The position numbers and the translations under genes are program-made. A DNA stretch of 64,000 nt from Callorhinchus milii. Taxonomy: Eukaryota. The stretch spans positions 9,114,001 to 9,178,000 of the forward strand of contig NW_024704758.1 of the NCBI RefSeq assembly GCF_018977255.1, written 5' to 3'. This document shows, piece by piece, positions 10,454 through 20,751 of the stretch (its first letter is position 1; each line of letters starts with the position of its first letter). A model generated the notes under the pieces. That model ran no database searches. It was not told the DNA's origin and saw only the letters and a program-made list of their open reading frames with translations.

Positions 10454-13400
10454 ATGGAGATGCCATTGTGCAACATGCCTGAAAGGACGAGGTGCACAGA
10501 GACTGCGCCTTTCAGAAAAATCGAATGGGAAGACAAAATTTCAAAGGCAATACATAATGCCACGGAACCTTTAGTTACCATGGCTGCCCATAGCATGCAG
10601 TTTAAACTTTCTCCATCTCAAACCCAGACAATGGAGACCTTACCTTTGGAGACATTGCCTCTGGACAAGAAGACTTTGGAAGATAAGCCACAATACAACA
10701 GGTTTGTTCAGAAAAGCAAACCTTTGGAGTACACGCCAACGAAAACTCAGCTTCCTGAATCCAAGCAAGTGAAATCCAAATCTTTAGAAGAACACAAATT
10801 GCATTTGCAGAATCTCTGCCGCATTTGCGGAGGTTCCTTTAACACCAGCCGCTATGACATGAAGTATGCAGTCAGTGGCCCAGTCGATGACGTCACCCAA
10901 GATGTTCTTAGGAAAATGGGACATGGGGATTGCTTTTGGCCTGAGCTCGTCCATAACACCTTCAAAGTAGATGTCAGGAGAGATATGGAGACCGTTCACC
11001 CCACCCACTTCTGCCACAGCTGCTGGCGCATTGCAATTCAGATGATCAACAATACAAACAATGAAGATGCATTTTTTCCCATCAATAAATTTATGCACTG
11101 GAAGCCTCATTCCAACCACTGTAGAGTTTGCAACTCTTCAAAAGGAATTCGCAAGAGAAAGGGTCTGGGAAGAAGTCCGCAGGTCCCCAAAAAAGCAAAG
11201 GTTGCCATCGACCTTCCGATCAGACCAAAGGTTGTTAATAGAAGAGATCAGATGAACAGCACAAGCATTATGTTGGCTAAAAAAGTGGTCAACTGCAAGA
11301 AGCTCCATCTAAGTCCAAAGCTCCTTGTGGATGACTATCCCCACCACTTTCTCCAGTCGGTCTCATGTCAGGTTTGTGACCATCTACTTGCTGACCCTGT
11401 GCAATTACCATGCATGCATCTGGCCTGCAGAACATGCATTTTCAAATGCTTTGCAGTTCTCGGAAAGTATTGCCCAGTTTGCAGGTTTCCTTGTTGTTCG
11501 GCAGAGCTCACAAGCCCTGTCAAATCTTTCAGTCACGTTCTGAATTCCCTTGTGGTGAAATGCCCAATGGCAGACTGCAAAGATGAGATGAGACTAGATG
11601 AATATTCTCACCATGCCCAAACTCACAAAGAGACCAGAGGGAAATATGATTACTCACCAACAAACAAGGGTGGTCGGCCAAGGTTACACTTGTTGTCTTT
11701 AACACGAAGAGCTCAAAAGCATCGCCTGCGAGATCTCAAGCATCATGTTAAAGCTTTTGCAGAGAAAGAAGAGGGTGGAGACGTGAAGTCGGTTTGTCTC
11801 ACTCTGTTTCTACTTGCGCTGAGAGCTGCAAACGAACACAGGCAGGCAGACGAGCTAGAGGCTATAATGCAGGGAAGAGGATCAGGGTTGCTACCTGCAG
11901 TCTGTCTTGCCATTAGAGTCAACACATTCTTGAGTTGCAGTCAATACCATAAAATGTACAGAACAGTCAAAGCAACAACTGGGAAGCAGATCTTCCAGCC
12001 ATTGCATTCACTCCGAACTACAGAGAAAACTCTGTTGCCTGGTTATTTTCCATTTGAATGGCAACCTCCACTAGAAAATGTCTCTACTAACACTGAAGTA
12101 GGAATAATAGATGGTTTGAGTTGTTGGCCCCAGTGCATTGATGATTATCCGATGGACACAATTTCCCGACGGTTTAGGTACGATGTAGCACTTGCTGCAA
12201 CTATCAAAGATCTTGAAGAAGACATCTTGCAAGGTCTGAAATCACACGGAATGGATGAGTTTCAGAGTGGGCCATTCACTGTTGTGGTAAAGGAGTGTTG
12301 CGATGGAATGGGGGACGTCAGCGAAAAGCACGGATGCGGTCCAATTGTCCCAGAAAAGGCAGTGAGGTATTCCTTCACAATAATGAGTGTGAGCGTCACG
12401 GGTGAAAACAATGAAAATGTCAAGGTATTTGAAGAATTGAAGCCAAATTCTGAATTGTGCTGCAAACCTCTTTGCCTCATGTTGGCAGATGAATCTGACC
12501 ATGAAACCCTGACAGCAGTGCTGGGCCCACTCATCGCCGAAAGGAAAGCCATGAAGGCAAGTCATTTAATCCTTGAAATTGGCGATTTGCTCAGGTCTTT
12601 TCGATTCATCTTCCGAGGCACAGGGTATGATGAGAAGCTTGTGCGTGAAGTGGAAGGCCTTGAGGCCTCAGGCTCCATCTATGTTTGCACATTATGTGAC
12701 TCCACTCGTAGTGAGGCCTCAGTGAATTTGACCTGCCATTCCATAACCAGGAGCCACACAGAAAACCATGAGCGCTATGAAATTTGGCGATCAAACCCAT
12801 ATCGCGAGTCCCCTGAAGTCCTCCGCGATAGAGTGAAAGGCATCTCAGCCAAGCCTTTTATTGAAACTCAGCCCTCCATTGATGCCTTGCATTGCGATAT
12901 TGGAAACGCAACGGAATTCTTCAAGCTCTTCCAAGATGAGATTGGGGAGCTTCACATCAAGCCCAACCCGTCCAAAGAGGATAGGAAAAGGTGGCAAGTA
13001 CTGCTCGATCAGCATTTGAGAAAGAAGATGAATCTGAAGCCTATCATGAGGATGAATGGAAACTTTGCCAGGAAACTGATGACCAAAGAGACCGTAGAAG
13101 TAGTATGTGAATTAATTCCGTCTGAGGAGAGGCGAGAAATTCTCAGAGAGCTAATGTCACTTTACGTCCTGATGAAACCAGTGTGGCGCACCACGTTTCC
13201 TATCAAGGAGTACCCAGACCTTGTGCACCAATACAGCTTTAATTCCCAAAAGTTTGCAGACCTGCTCGCTACAAAGTTCAAGCACAGATATGAAGGGAAG
13301 ATCACAAATTACCTGCACAAAACTTTGGCCCACGTTCCTGAGATCATCGAACGAGATGGTTCCATAGGAGCTTGGGCGAGTGAAGGAAATGAATCGGGCA

Positions 13401-13621
13401 ACAAGCTTTTCCGACGTTTTAGGAAAATGAATGCGAGGCAGTCTAAAAGTTATGAGCTGGAAGATATCCTGAAGCACCACTGGCTGTACACTTCCAAATA
13501 TTTGCAGAGGTTCATGAATCAACACAATGAACTGAAACAATCAGTGTTTGCTTCCACACCATTTGACAGCAGCAGCCAAAATGATTCACCACCAGAGCCA
13601 CATGACTCCATTGATTTTTAA
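10454..13621 (+). CDS. RAG1: V(D)J recombination-activating protein 1, 1055 aa, intronless CDS
   Basis: CRICG central domain, C3HC4 RING, zinc finger A, nonamer-binding [18 protein letters not shown], catalytic D (12302), D (12629), E (13391), CTLC and HKTLAH zinc ligands. Acceptor tctttgttag ends at 10434. First ATG is 10454; the ORF track starts at an upstream TTG. Confidence 0.99.
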   Translation: MEMPLCNMPERTRCTETAPFRKIEWEDKISKAIHNATEPLVTMAAHSMQFKLSPSQTQTMETLPLETLPLDKKTLEDKPQYNRFVQKSKPLEYTPTKTQLPESKQVKSKSLEEHKLHLQNLCRICGGSFNTSRYDMKYAVSGPVDDVTQDVLRKMGHGDCFWPELVHNTFKVDVRRDMETVHPTHFCHSCWRIAIQMINNTNNEDAFFPINKFMHWKPHSNHCRVCNSSKGIRKRKGLGRSPQVPKKAKVAIDLPIRPKVVNRRDQMNSTSIMLAKKVVNCKKLHLSPKLLVDDYPHHFLQSVSCQVCDHLLADPVQLPCMHLACRTCIFKCFAVLGKYCPVCRFPCCSAELTSPVKSFSHVLNSLVVKCPMADCKDEMRLDEYSHHAQTHKETRGKYDYSPTNKGGRPRLHLLSLTRRAQKHRLRDLKHHVKAFAEKEEGGDVKSVCLTLFLLALRAANEHRQADELEAIMQGRGSGLLPAVCLAIRVNTFLSCSQYHKMYRTVKATTGKQIFQPLHSLRTTEKTLLPGYFPFEWQPPLENVSTNTEVGIIDGLSCWPQCIDDYPMDTISRRFRYDVALAATIKDLEEDILQGLKSHGMDEFQSGPFTVVVKECCDGMGDVSEKHGCGPIVPEKAVRYSFTIMSVSVTGENNENVKVFEELKPNSELCCKPLCLMLADESDHETLTAVLGPLIAERKAMKASHLILEIGDLLRSFRFIFRGTGYDEKLVREVEGLEASGSIYVCTLCDSTRSEASVNLTCHSITRSHTENHERYEIWRSNPYRESPEVLRDRVKGISAKPFIETQPSIDALHCDIGNATEFFKLFQDEIGELHIKPNPSKEDRKRWQVLLDQHLRKKMNLKPIMRMNGNFARKLMTKETVEVVCELIPSEERREILRELMSLYVLMKPVWRTTFPIKEYPDLVHQYSFNSQKFADLLATKFKHRYEGKITNYLHKTLAHVPEIIERDGSIGAWASEGNESGNKLFRRFRKMNARQSKSYELEDILKHHWLYTSKYLQRFMNQHNELKQSVFASTPFDSSSQNDSPPEPHDSIDF

Positions 13622-13952
13622 GTTCGGTTGTTAGGCTGAAATTGGTTCTAACTATCTTTCTTTAAGCACAGTCGACTGTGAACAGTCTGTACTGTGTGCA
13701 GAAAAGTTGGGTGTATCATGGCCAAACCTTTTGAGTAGAGTTGGGGTTGGTGAAAAGGCCCCAACAGGGAAATTATGGTCTAAGTTGGATTGGCTCAGTT
13801 GATAAGTACTAACTGCAGTAAGAATAGAAAGGTGATCTAACCTTTCAATATTGTTTGTGGCCATATTCAGAGATGGTGAGAAAGTGAAGTGTGATTTAGA
13901 TGTGAAGGAAGAAGTGATTTCTGTGACAGTTGAGGTGAAAGGCAGGGATACT

Positions 13953-14060
13953 TATAATAATCCTCATATTTAATATAGCGTCGTTCATGTCGGAAAGACG
14001 TCTCAAAGCGCTTCACAGGATCCATTGTAAAGTGCAGTGACTGTATATTTTAATAGGCTT
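13953..14060 (-). mobile_element. 5'-truncated SINE tail in RAG1 3' region
   Basis: (AAT)n-cctcatatttaatatagcg...gacgtctcaaagcgcttcacag. Similar tails at about 3375, 5595, 7875, 10075, 15843, 24760, 26408, 27245, 30590, 39365, 42700, 50232, 51360, 53528 and 54960. Confidence 0.85.
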
Positions 14061-17000
14061 TTTCTTGAATGCCTAATTTGAAATGATCAAATTGAACAAC
14101 GGGACTTTGTTTATTGGGATTTTCAAATCAGTTGACTCACACCATTATTTTGATGTATTAATGCTTGCTCTGGGCGCTTATCCAACATTTGCTTTCAGTG
14201 GGTAATGGGAGAATACTTTAACCGTTTAGCCCTTTGCTATTTTGCGATGTGTAAAGGGAAGCGATGTAGGAGTGAATGCTTACTGCACTATTTTAAAGGA
14301 AACAAAACTGCAGTGGGTTTGAAAATGATTTGGAAGATTTGTCAGAAAGTTTGGACAATTTATCAATAAGGTATTTGAATCACGACACATAGCAAATGGG
14401 TACCGTCTCTGAGCACTTAAATGTTCAATTGATCTGAAGTGCATTGCTGGTACATAGGCATTTTATTTTAGCAGCATTTCTGTGTTATAGGTTGGTGGCT
14501 GATGCATTCAAACATGAGTTGTAGTGTTTCCTTTTTTATATCGATAATTATTACCTTGTGTCCACGTTATGCAATTTATAGCTGGCTATTTTGTAACTTT
14601 CGAAGTAACAGGAATATGCTGTTATTAATGATCAATTTTGTGTTGTCTACTGCAAAGCATAATATAAGAATGGATTTTGAACGGAGAGGCAATAAAAGTG
14701 ATGAGAAGGTTTAAAGGCTTTGACTTACGGTGGGGTTCAAAAAATAAATAATCAAAAGGCAATGATGAGGCTCCTTGCATGTTTTCAATATCTGATTAAC
14801 ACTGGCACAATATACAATGAATTGTTAATTTACTGTACTCACTACCTATCTATTCATTGTCAAACTAGATACCTGTAAAACATAAATCACAATTTAGTGG
14901 TAACATGGATTGTTTTTCATACAGTGTCTAATTTGGTACTTGACTTTGCTTTGTATAAGACTAAGTATTGATATATTAAATTCCATGATGAATGCACATC
15001 GCCTCATTTATTATTGATTTGTTTATTAACCCTATATTGCCAAGTGGCCAATTTCACAATCTGCTGCAATGCATCCCAGTCCTGACTCTGTGTTCAACAC
15101 TCGCGAGACATTGGCAGTAAGTAGTTAGCATCAAGATAAAGGAATTTTTGCAAAGCTTTGTGCATTCAAGCAACATTTGTGCAAAGTGACAGATAAATGG
15201 AAGGTTGTGTTACTTCATGTCAAAAAAAAGTTTTTAAATTGCTTTTTAACTTTTTAGGTGTTGAAGGTAATCCCAAAGTGTAGCACAGAATAACAGCAAT
15301 ATACAGAATTTAACCAGGCGAAGAATAGGTTGTTTCACCTTTCTAAATGATTCATGAAAATGTAGTTAGGAGTAAATTATAGCAGGATATTGTAACCATT
15401 TTCTAAATTCATTAAAGCTATTTTATTGTGCAAAAGATTGTGCAGTGCTACCTATACTGGCTTTGTTCATGCATCTTACGTTTTTTGCTGTAAAAACCTT
15501 TCTACACGGCTTCTAAACTTTGCATTCAGGCGATCACAATGAGATTTTTTGCTGTATATTGAGAAGTAATCAACCTGAAAGCATTCATTTGTATTCATAA
15601 GGAACAATCACCCTGATATTGTTCTGCAATTTTTATTACTTATGTGAGGGATTAAAAATGAAATTGAATCAGTTCCCCAAAATAGTTTATTTGCGATATT
15701 CTACAAGCTATTGCATTAGAAGATGACAACATTTGCATTTTGTTGCAATTTACTGTATTATGTTCTCAAAGCCTGCTTTTCTGGGAATTGTGTTTGCTAT
15801 GCATGTGGTACAAAAAATGCAACTTACCTCTTCCAACATGACTAATAATAATAATCCTTGCATTTGATATAGTGCCTTATCACGTCGTTGAGACATCTCA
15901 AAGTGCTTCACACAATATAATGTAACGTTGATTGACTGCAAAACAGGTCAGGTTGTAATAATTGTTTGTGTTTAGGTCTAAAAATGAATTTCAATTGGAA
16001 AGTAGCCTATCTGATTAGAGCTTGCACCATAATGTTAATTGGTCTGTATTTTGCTAATTCTGCTTATCGCTTATGTATTTGGTCAACTTTTGATGTACTT
16101 TTTTTAAAAAAAATAAACATTTGAGACTTTTAAACATATTATTTTGTGCAATCTATGATTTACAACACTCTTTAAAAGATTAGCTTCAATTACTTAGGTT
16201 TACTATTTTTGATTCAGAATTCAGGACGCAGCAGCAACAACAACAAATTGCACTTGTAATGCACCCCTCACACAAGATAACATCTTGTGAGGAGCAAAAC
16301 ACTGTGATTTCATACTCAACTGGGCCCTTTAGTGAGAGAAGCACCCAGTGGAAGCTGACATTTTTCCACAGAGGGAAGGAAGACAAATCACTTTTACTTT
16401 CCTAGCAATTTGTTCGGAGTGAGGTTGGCAGTATTATACGTTGGGACCAGACCGATCAACCTGAGAATGATGTGGATGGAATTTAAAGGAGGGGATAAAA
16501 TATCCTTAAAACTGAACAGGAAACATATTTGAAAAAGAAATGAGATTGCTAGCAAGCCTGGTCCCTCATTTGTGATTGAAATGAACATATAAGGAGGTAT
16601 AATTATTTTTTTACCATTGGTCAGAAACAGTATGAAAGGCTTCTACCTTAAAGACATGAATGAAATAAGTTTGGTTCATCTGTAGTACCAACGACATTAG
16701 CCTGATACATCTCCATTAGATGCATAACCTGAGGCATGGTTGACAGCTTGTCATTATTGTGATGTATGCTTGTGGGTAAGCAATTGCTACATGCTGTTAG
16801 GACCACAAGTGAAATGAATTTGGAAATAGCTTATCTACGGGACTGTGTCCAACCCAAATCTCTGCGATTTAATATCCATAACATTAGGCTAAAGTCTGTT
16901 TCAAGGCTGTGTGGAGGAGGATTACCTTGGTTGCTGAGCAGAAGCATCCACAAGTGAAATGAGTTTCTGTCAATCCCTTGTTTTATCTCACAGCAGGAAT

Positions 17001-18353
17001 GATTCCTTTACTTTAAGACACCCGAAATGCATTGCAGCTTCAGTGAACAGATGTTCGGAGCACATAACAATCTCAGTTTGAGCATTGCGATGGGATTGCT
17101 AAAAGGCATTCCCCTTTCATGGTGCAGCTATGAATTGATCAGTCCCTAAGCTGATTTTTCCATTAACTGCCAGAAATGTGATGACTTCCATTTTTCACAA
17201 CTGAAACAGTCATTACAAGTTTCCAAAACTTTAAAGAAGTTCATAATTTATGGATTTTTCCCCATGACATTAAAGCACAGGAAAACAAGGAAGAGGCCAA
17301 TTGACCCATCAAGCTCCCTTTGAATGGTGATTCTGTACACTTGATCTGTAATCTTATTCTAGCATTCCAGAAAAACAATTGAATTATTATTTTGCTTGGG
17401 CTAATAAAGAGGTGGAGTCGGTAAGGTGTGTAAAAACAATGCTTAAAACAACATTTGTGAATAGAAACCAGTTTAAAAGAATCCACCTTTGCAGGGTTGT
17501 ATGGTCTCCACTGGGCAGCAGTATCAAATAGGTTGTGAAGCTTGAGGTAAGGTCTAAAATATTTTAGAAATTGGATCCCAATTTCTGCAGACCATTGTTT
17601 CCTTGTTTGTTATGTTATAAGATGCTTTTTGTTGTTTAAAATACTGGACTCAAAGGAGAACATTTATGATCGGAACTGACACTTTTATTTCTTCAAATAC
17701 AGTATTTGCACAACACGCGTACAATAACAATGTCTTAACATACACAGCACCAAAAATAAAGACTTTCTTTCAAAAAGTCAGTAATGAATGATTTGATTTT
17801 TTGCACCAATACTAAATTCAAGGCAATAGCACCAACATAACGCTGACTGAATTTGCCAAATGGCTTTTAAAAGAAACGCTAAACAATTTAACCTTACAGT
17901 TACATGATTTTCATTGTTTTCCTTCTTAGAGAACATTTCAGATTTATTGCATTGAAATAGGTTGTGTTGCTCTTTGAATCCTGAGAATCTTATCCAATTC
18001 CTTATGCTAAAGAGCGACTTTACCAGAAATGATACACAGTTTACTTTGCTAAACAATGAAATGACACACAGTTAAAAGTTCTAGTTTAGATTAACATGTG
18101 GGTTGTCGCATATAAATTACCCAATTTTTTTACAGTAATCCGCAGGCTATTTGTCTAAAACCTACTACATGTACAATACATAGACTTTATGTTTAATTTT
18201 GAGCGCAGGTTAACATAATTTTTTTTTAATGCTGAAGAGGGCTTGAAAGGTGGCTGAGAATTCTTCCAGACTGCAGAATAATTCAATAATTCTAAACATC
18301 ACTTTCAAACTTGCTCTACTGTTGATTTATTTTCAAGTGAACCAATCTCAATT

Positions 18354-19916
18354 TCATTCAAACAGCCTCTTCACAAAGCTCTTCTTCATCGGTGTCTTCT
18401 TCAGACTGGATGGCGACTTTTTACGCGGGGATTTCATTGGCGTCCGTTTCATTATTTTTATCTTCTTCTGCAGGGTTTCAACTCTTTTCTCAATACAATG
18501 AACATTGCAAAAGTACTTGGTCTTCTCCTGAGAAAGGTGTATCAGCTCTGACTCCGAGAGACCCATACACTGGGCATGTACCCAGTGCCCACCACCTCCT
18601 CCACTGGAGCAGAAGATCATAGCCGGTTTATTGAGTTCAGTGGAGTAGTAAGGAACCCAAGTGTTGACGTTTACACTACAGGTGACAATGCACTTAATCC
18701 AGTAACCTTCCTCATCACCATTATCTAAGTATATTTCGTCGTCGCTATAATCATGGGTTTCAACGACAAAGCGAAATTCTTCTGAATCTTCGAATGCGCT
18801 AGATTCCTCTGGATCAGTAAAGGATTCCTGGCTGACAAGAATGCGGCTTCTCCCCTCTGGCTGTCCGAAAGTTGCAATGTAGAAGTAATTTGCTTCAGCC
18901 GTATCTGGCTTGTTTTCCCCAGGAATGCCCATTAATACCGCTCGGTTTCCCATGTCACTTCCAAACCAGCTCTTGCTGGCTCTGAGGTCACTGGTCCATG
19001 CCGGGGGTTCCTTGTCCAGGATCTGAATGTTATCATTTTCAAGTAGGATGGTGTTGCAAGCCATTCGCTTCTGAGTCTCTGATTCATAGCCACCGACAAT
19101 TATAAACTCATTGCTGCCAGCCTGGGTCACTATTGCACTTGATACTGAGATGCCATTATTGAGTACTGTGCAGGTTATACTCGGATGTGGGCCTAACAGA
19201 TCAACCTGTAGGCTAAGCAATCGTGGAGGACGGTGATTGGATCCCATGGAATGACCCCCAAATACGTAGATGGTTTCATTTTTTGCTACTGACGCGTGGA
19301 ATGAAAATCCATCATTGATCTCTGGAAGCACATGGGCTGTGCAGTGGCTGGTGCTCAAGTCTATTATGTATACATGTGGCGTACAATCCAATACGCTGTT
19401 CCAGTTTTCTGTGGTTCTTTGTCCAGGTGGCCGGTAATATCTACCTCCGACCAAGATACACATGGTTCGTCCTCTGCTCTGAACCACATTAATGGTGTGA
19501 CCATATCTTCCTTGGGGGACATTTCCTTTGAGATCTTTTTCAATGCAACAGAGTGATGTCTTCTTACTACCGGTATTACTAACCATCATGAGGTACAGTA
19601 GATCAGACAACTCATTGTTTGGCATTCTGCCGCCATGAATGAGGTAAAGAGGGCTTTTGGATTCCGAGGGATCTGAGTAATGAGTAATTGCAGGACAACG
19701 TAGCGGTGGCAGGTAACAAGAGTCACTGGAAAATGAAACTGCTTTGAGTTTCAGGTCTTGTTCTTTCAAGCGGAGGAGGAAGACTCCAGAGGAGCAGGAT
19801 CTTTTTGGCCATCCTTTCTGGCCAAAAAGAAACACTTCGCCATTGAAATTCATCAGGGAGAACCCGGGATGTATCAGTGCCCCATTGGCGCTGGGTGAAA
19901 CCATTTGCAGAGTCAT
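18354..19916 (-). CDS. RAG2: V(D)J recombination-activating protein 2, 520 aa from the canonical MTLQM start
   Basis: MTLQMVS..LIHPGFSLMNF..FGQKGWPKRSC Kelch core, acidic hinge FEDSEEF, PHD finger GYWIKC..C..HWVHAQC..YFC..H, C-terminal KKSFVKRLFE. An in-frame upstream ATG lies at 19976. Confidence 0.99.
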   Translation of the reverse strand: MTLQMVSPSANGALIHPGFSLMNFNGEVFLFGQKGWPKRSCSSGVFLLRLKEQDLKLKAVSFSSDSCYLPPLRCPAITHYSDPSESKSPLYLIHGGRMPNNELSDLLYLMMVSNTGSKKTSLCCIEKDLKGNVPQGRYGHTINVVQSRGRTMCILVGGRYYRPPGQRTTENWNSVLDCTPHVYIIDLSTSHCTAHVLPEINDGFSFHASVAKNETIYVFGGHSMGSNHRPPRLLSLQVDLLGPHPSITCTVLNNGISVSSAIVTQAGSNEFIIVGGYESETQKRMACNTILLENDNIQILDKEPPAWTSDLRASKSWFGSDMGNRAVLMGIPGENKPDTAEANYFYIATFGQPEGRSRILVSQESFTDPEESSAFEDSEEFRFVVETHDYSDDEIYLDNGDEEGYWIKCIVTCSVNVNTWVPYYSTELNKPAMIFCSSGGGGGHWVHAQCMGLSESELIHLSQEKTKYFCNVHCIEKRVETLQKKIKIMKRTPMKSPRKKSPSSLKKTPMKKSFVKRLFE

Positions 19917-20104
19917 GGTCGCACCGGGCGGGCGGGCGGGGGGGGTGACTGTGTCGCCTTTGGATGCAAAAGACATGATTAAAAAATTGGGGTAAAAACA
20001 GACAAGAACGTGTTGGCAGGTTTAATTGCTCTGTGAAAAAAAAATGAATGGCACCCGCCCAAAGCCAAGGGCAATGAGAGAGAAAAAACACAAAAAACCG
20101 CCCG

Positions 20105-20145
20105 ATTGGGCGCGAAACCCGCCCCATTGGGCGCGAAACCCGCCC
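20105..20145 (+). repeat. Tandem duplication ATTGGGCGCGAAACCCGCCC x2, period 21
   Basis: Exact 20-mers at 20105-20124 and 20126-20145, with a partial third unit just upstream. Confidence 0.95.
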
Positions 20146-20205
20146 AAATCTGGGACAGCAGATTGTTCCTTGAGCGGGTGGCGATGGCCGGCGCCGGACC
20201 CCACC

Positions 20206-20312
20206 GCTTGGCCTGATGGGAATTGTAGTCGATGGTGGGGGGGGGGGGGGTGTGTGGGGGAGGGAGAGGAGGGGAGAGGGGCCGGCGAGCCACTACATGT
20301 CCCGGCGAGCAC
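20206..20312. promoter_or_regulatory. Two divergently oriented ZNF143/Staf (ACTACA-TCCCA) motifs
   Basis: Minus strand GACTACAATTCCCATC (20215-20230) and plus strand ACTACATGTCCCGGCGAGC (20292-20310). Confidence 0.75.
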
Positions 20313-20329
20313 CGCGCCGGCCGGTTGCT

Positions 20330-20513
20330 AGGAGCCGGGAGCTGCGGGCAGGAGGAGGAGGAGGAGGAGGGAAGAAGGAGGAGCAATGGAGGAGAGACGT
20401 GAGGGCCCGAAGCCACGACCGAAAAAAAGGTACCAAGAACCCCCCCCCCCGCCACGCACACACGCAAAAAAATAAAAATAAAAACAAGCCCCTAAAGACA
20501 AGTTCTATTAAAA
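20330..20513 (+). other. IFTAP: Candidate non-coding exon 1 of IFTAP/NWC
   Basis: Lies downstream of the plus-strand ZNF143 motif and ends at donor 20430 or 20514. The start is approximate. A non-coding first exon is required by the acceptor at 30167. Confidence 0.45.
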
Positions 20514-20751
20514 GTGAGTGACGACTCTAAGTAAATAAATAAATAAATAAATAATAAAAAAAAATGGTGGCAAGAAAGCAGCTCCGTTGGGGCCCTCGAT
20601 CAGCAACGTCTGGGCCTACATCATCCATCCATCCATCTCCACACACACACCCACCACACACACACACACACACACAGTCAATTCACTTTATATCGTCACT
20701 GTGTTCGGCTTCCAGACGCCGCTCAACCACCTGATGTTGATAAGGCGCTAA

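Noticed and set aside
12293-12304. ECCD instead of ESCD before the first catalytic Asp of RAG1
   Set aside because: A single conservative change with no basis for a functional claim without an alignment.
10784-13540. Antisense and alternative-frame ORFs inside RAG1
   Set aside because: Expected shadows of a long coding sequence.
19723-20521. Several 64-162 aa ORFs over the CpG island and the RAG2 5' end
   Set aside because: Stop-poor GC-rich, low-complexity sequence or shadows of RAG2, with no recognisable domain.
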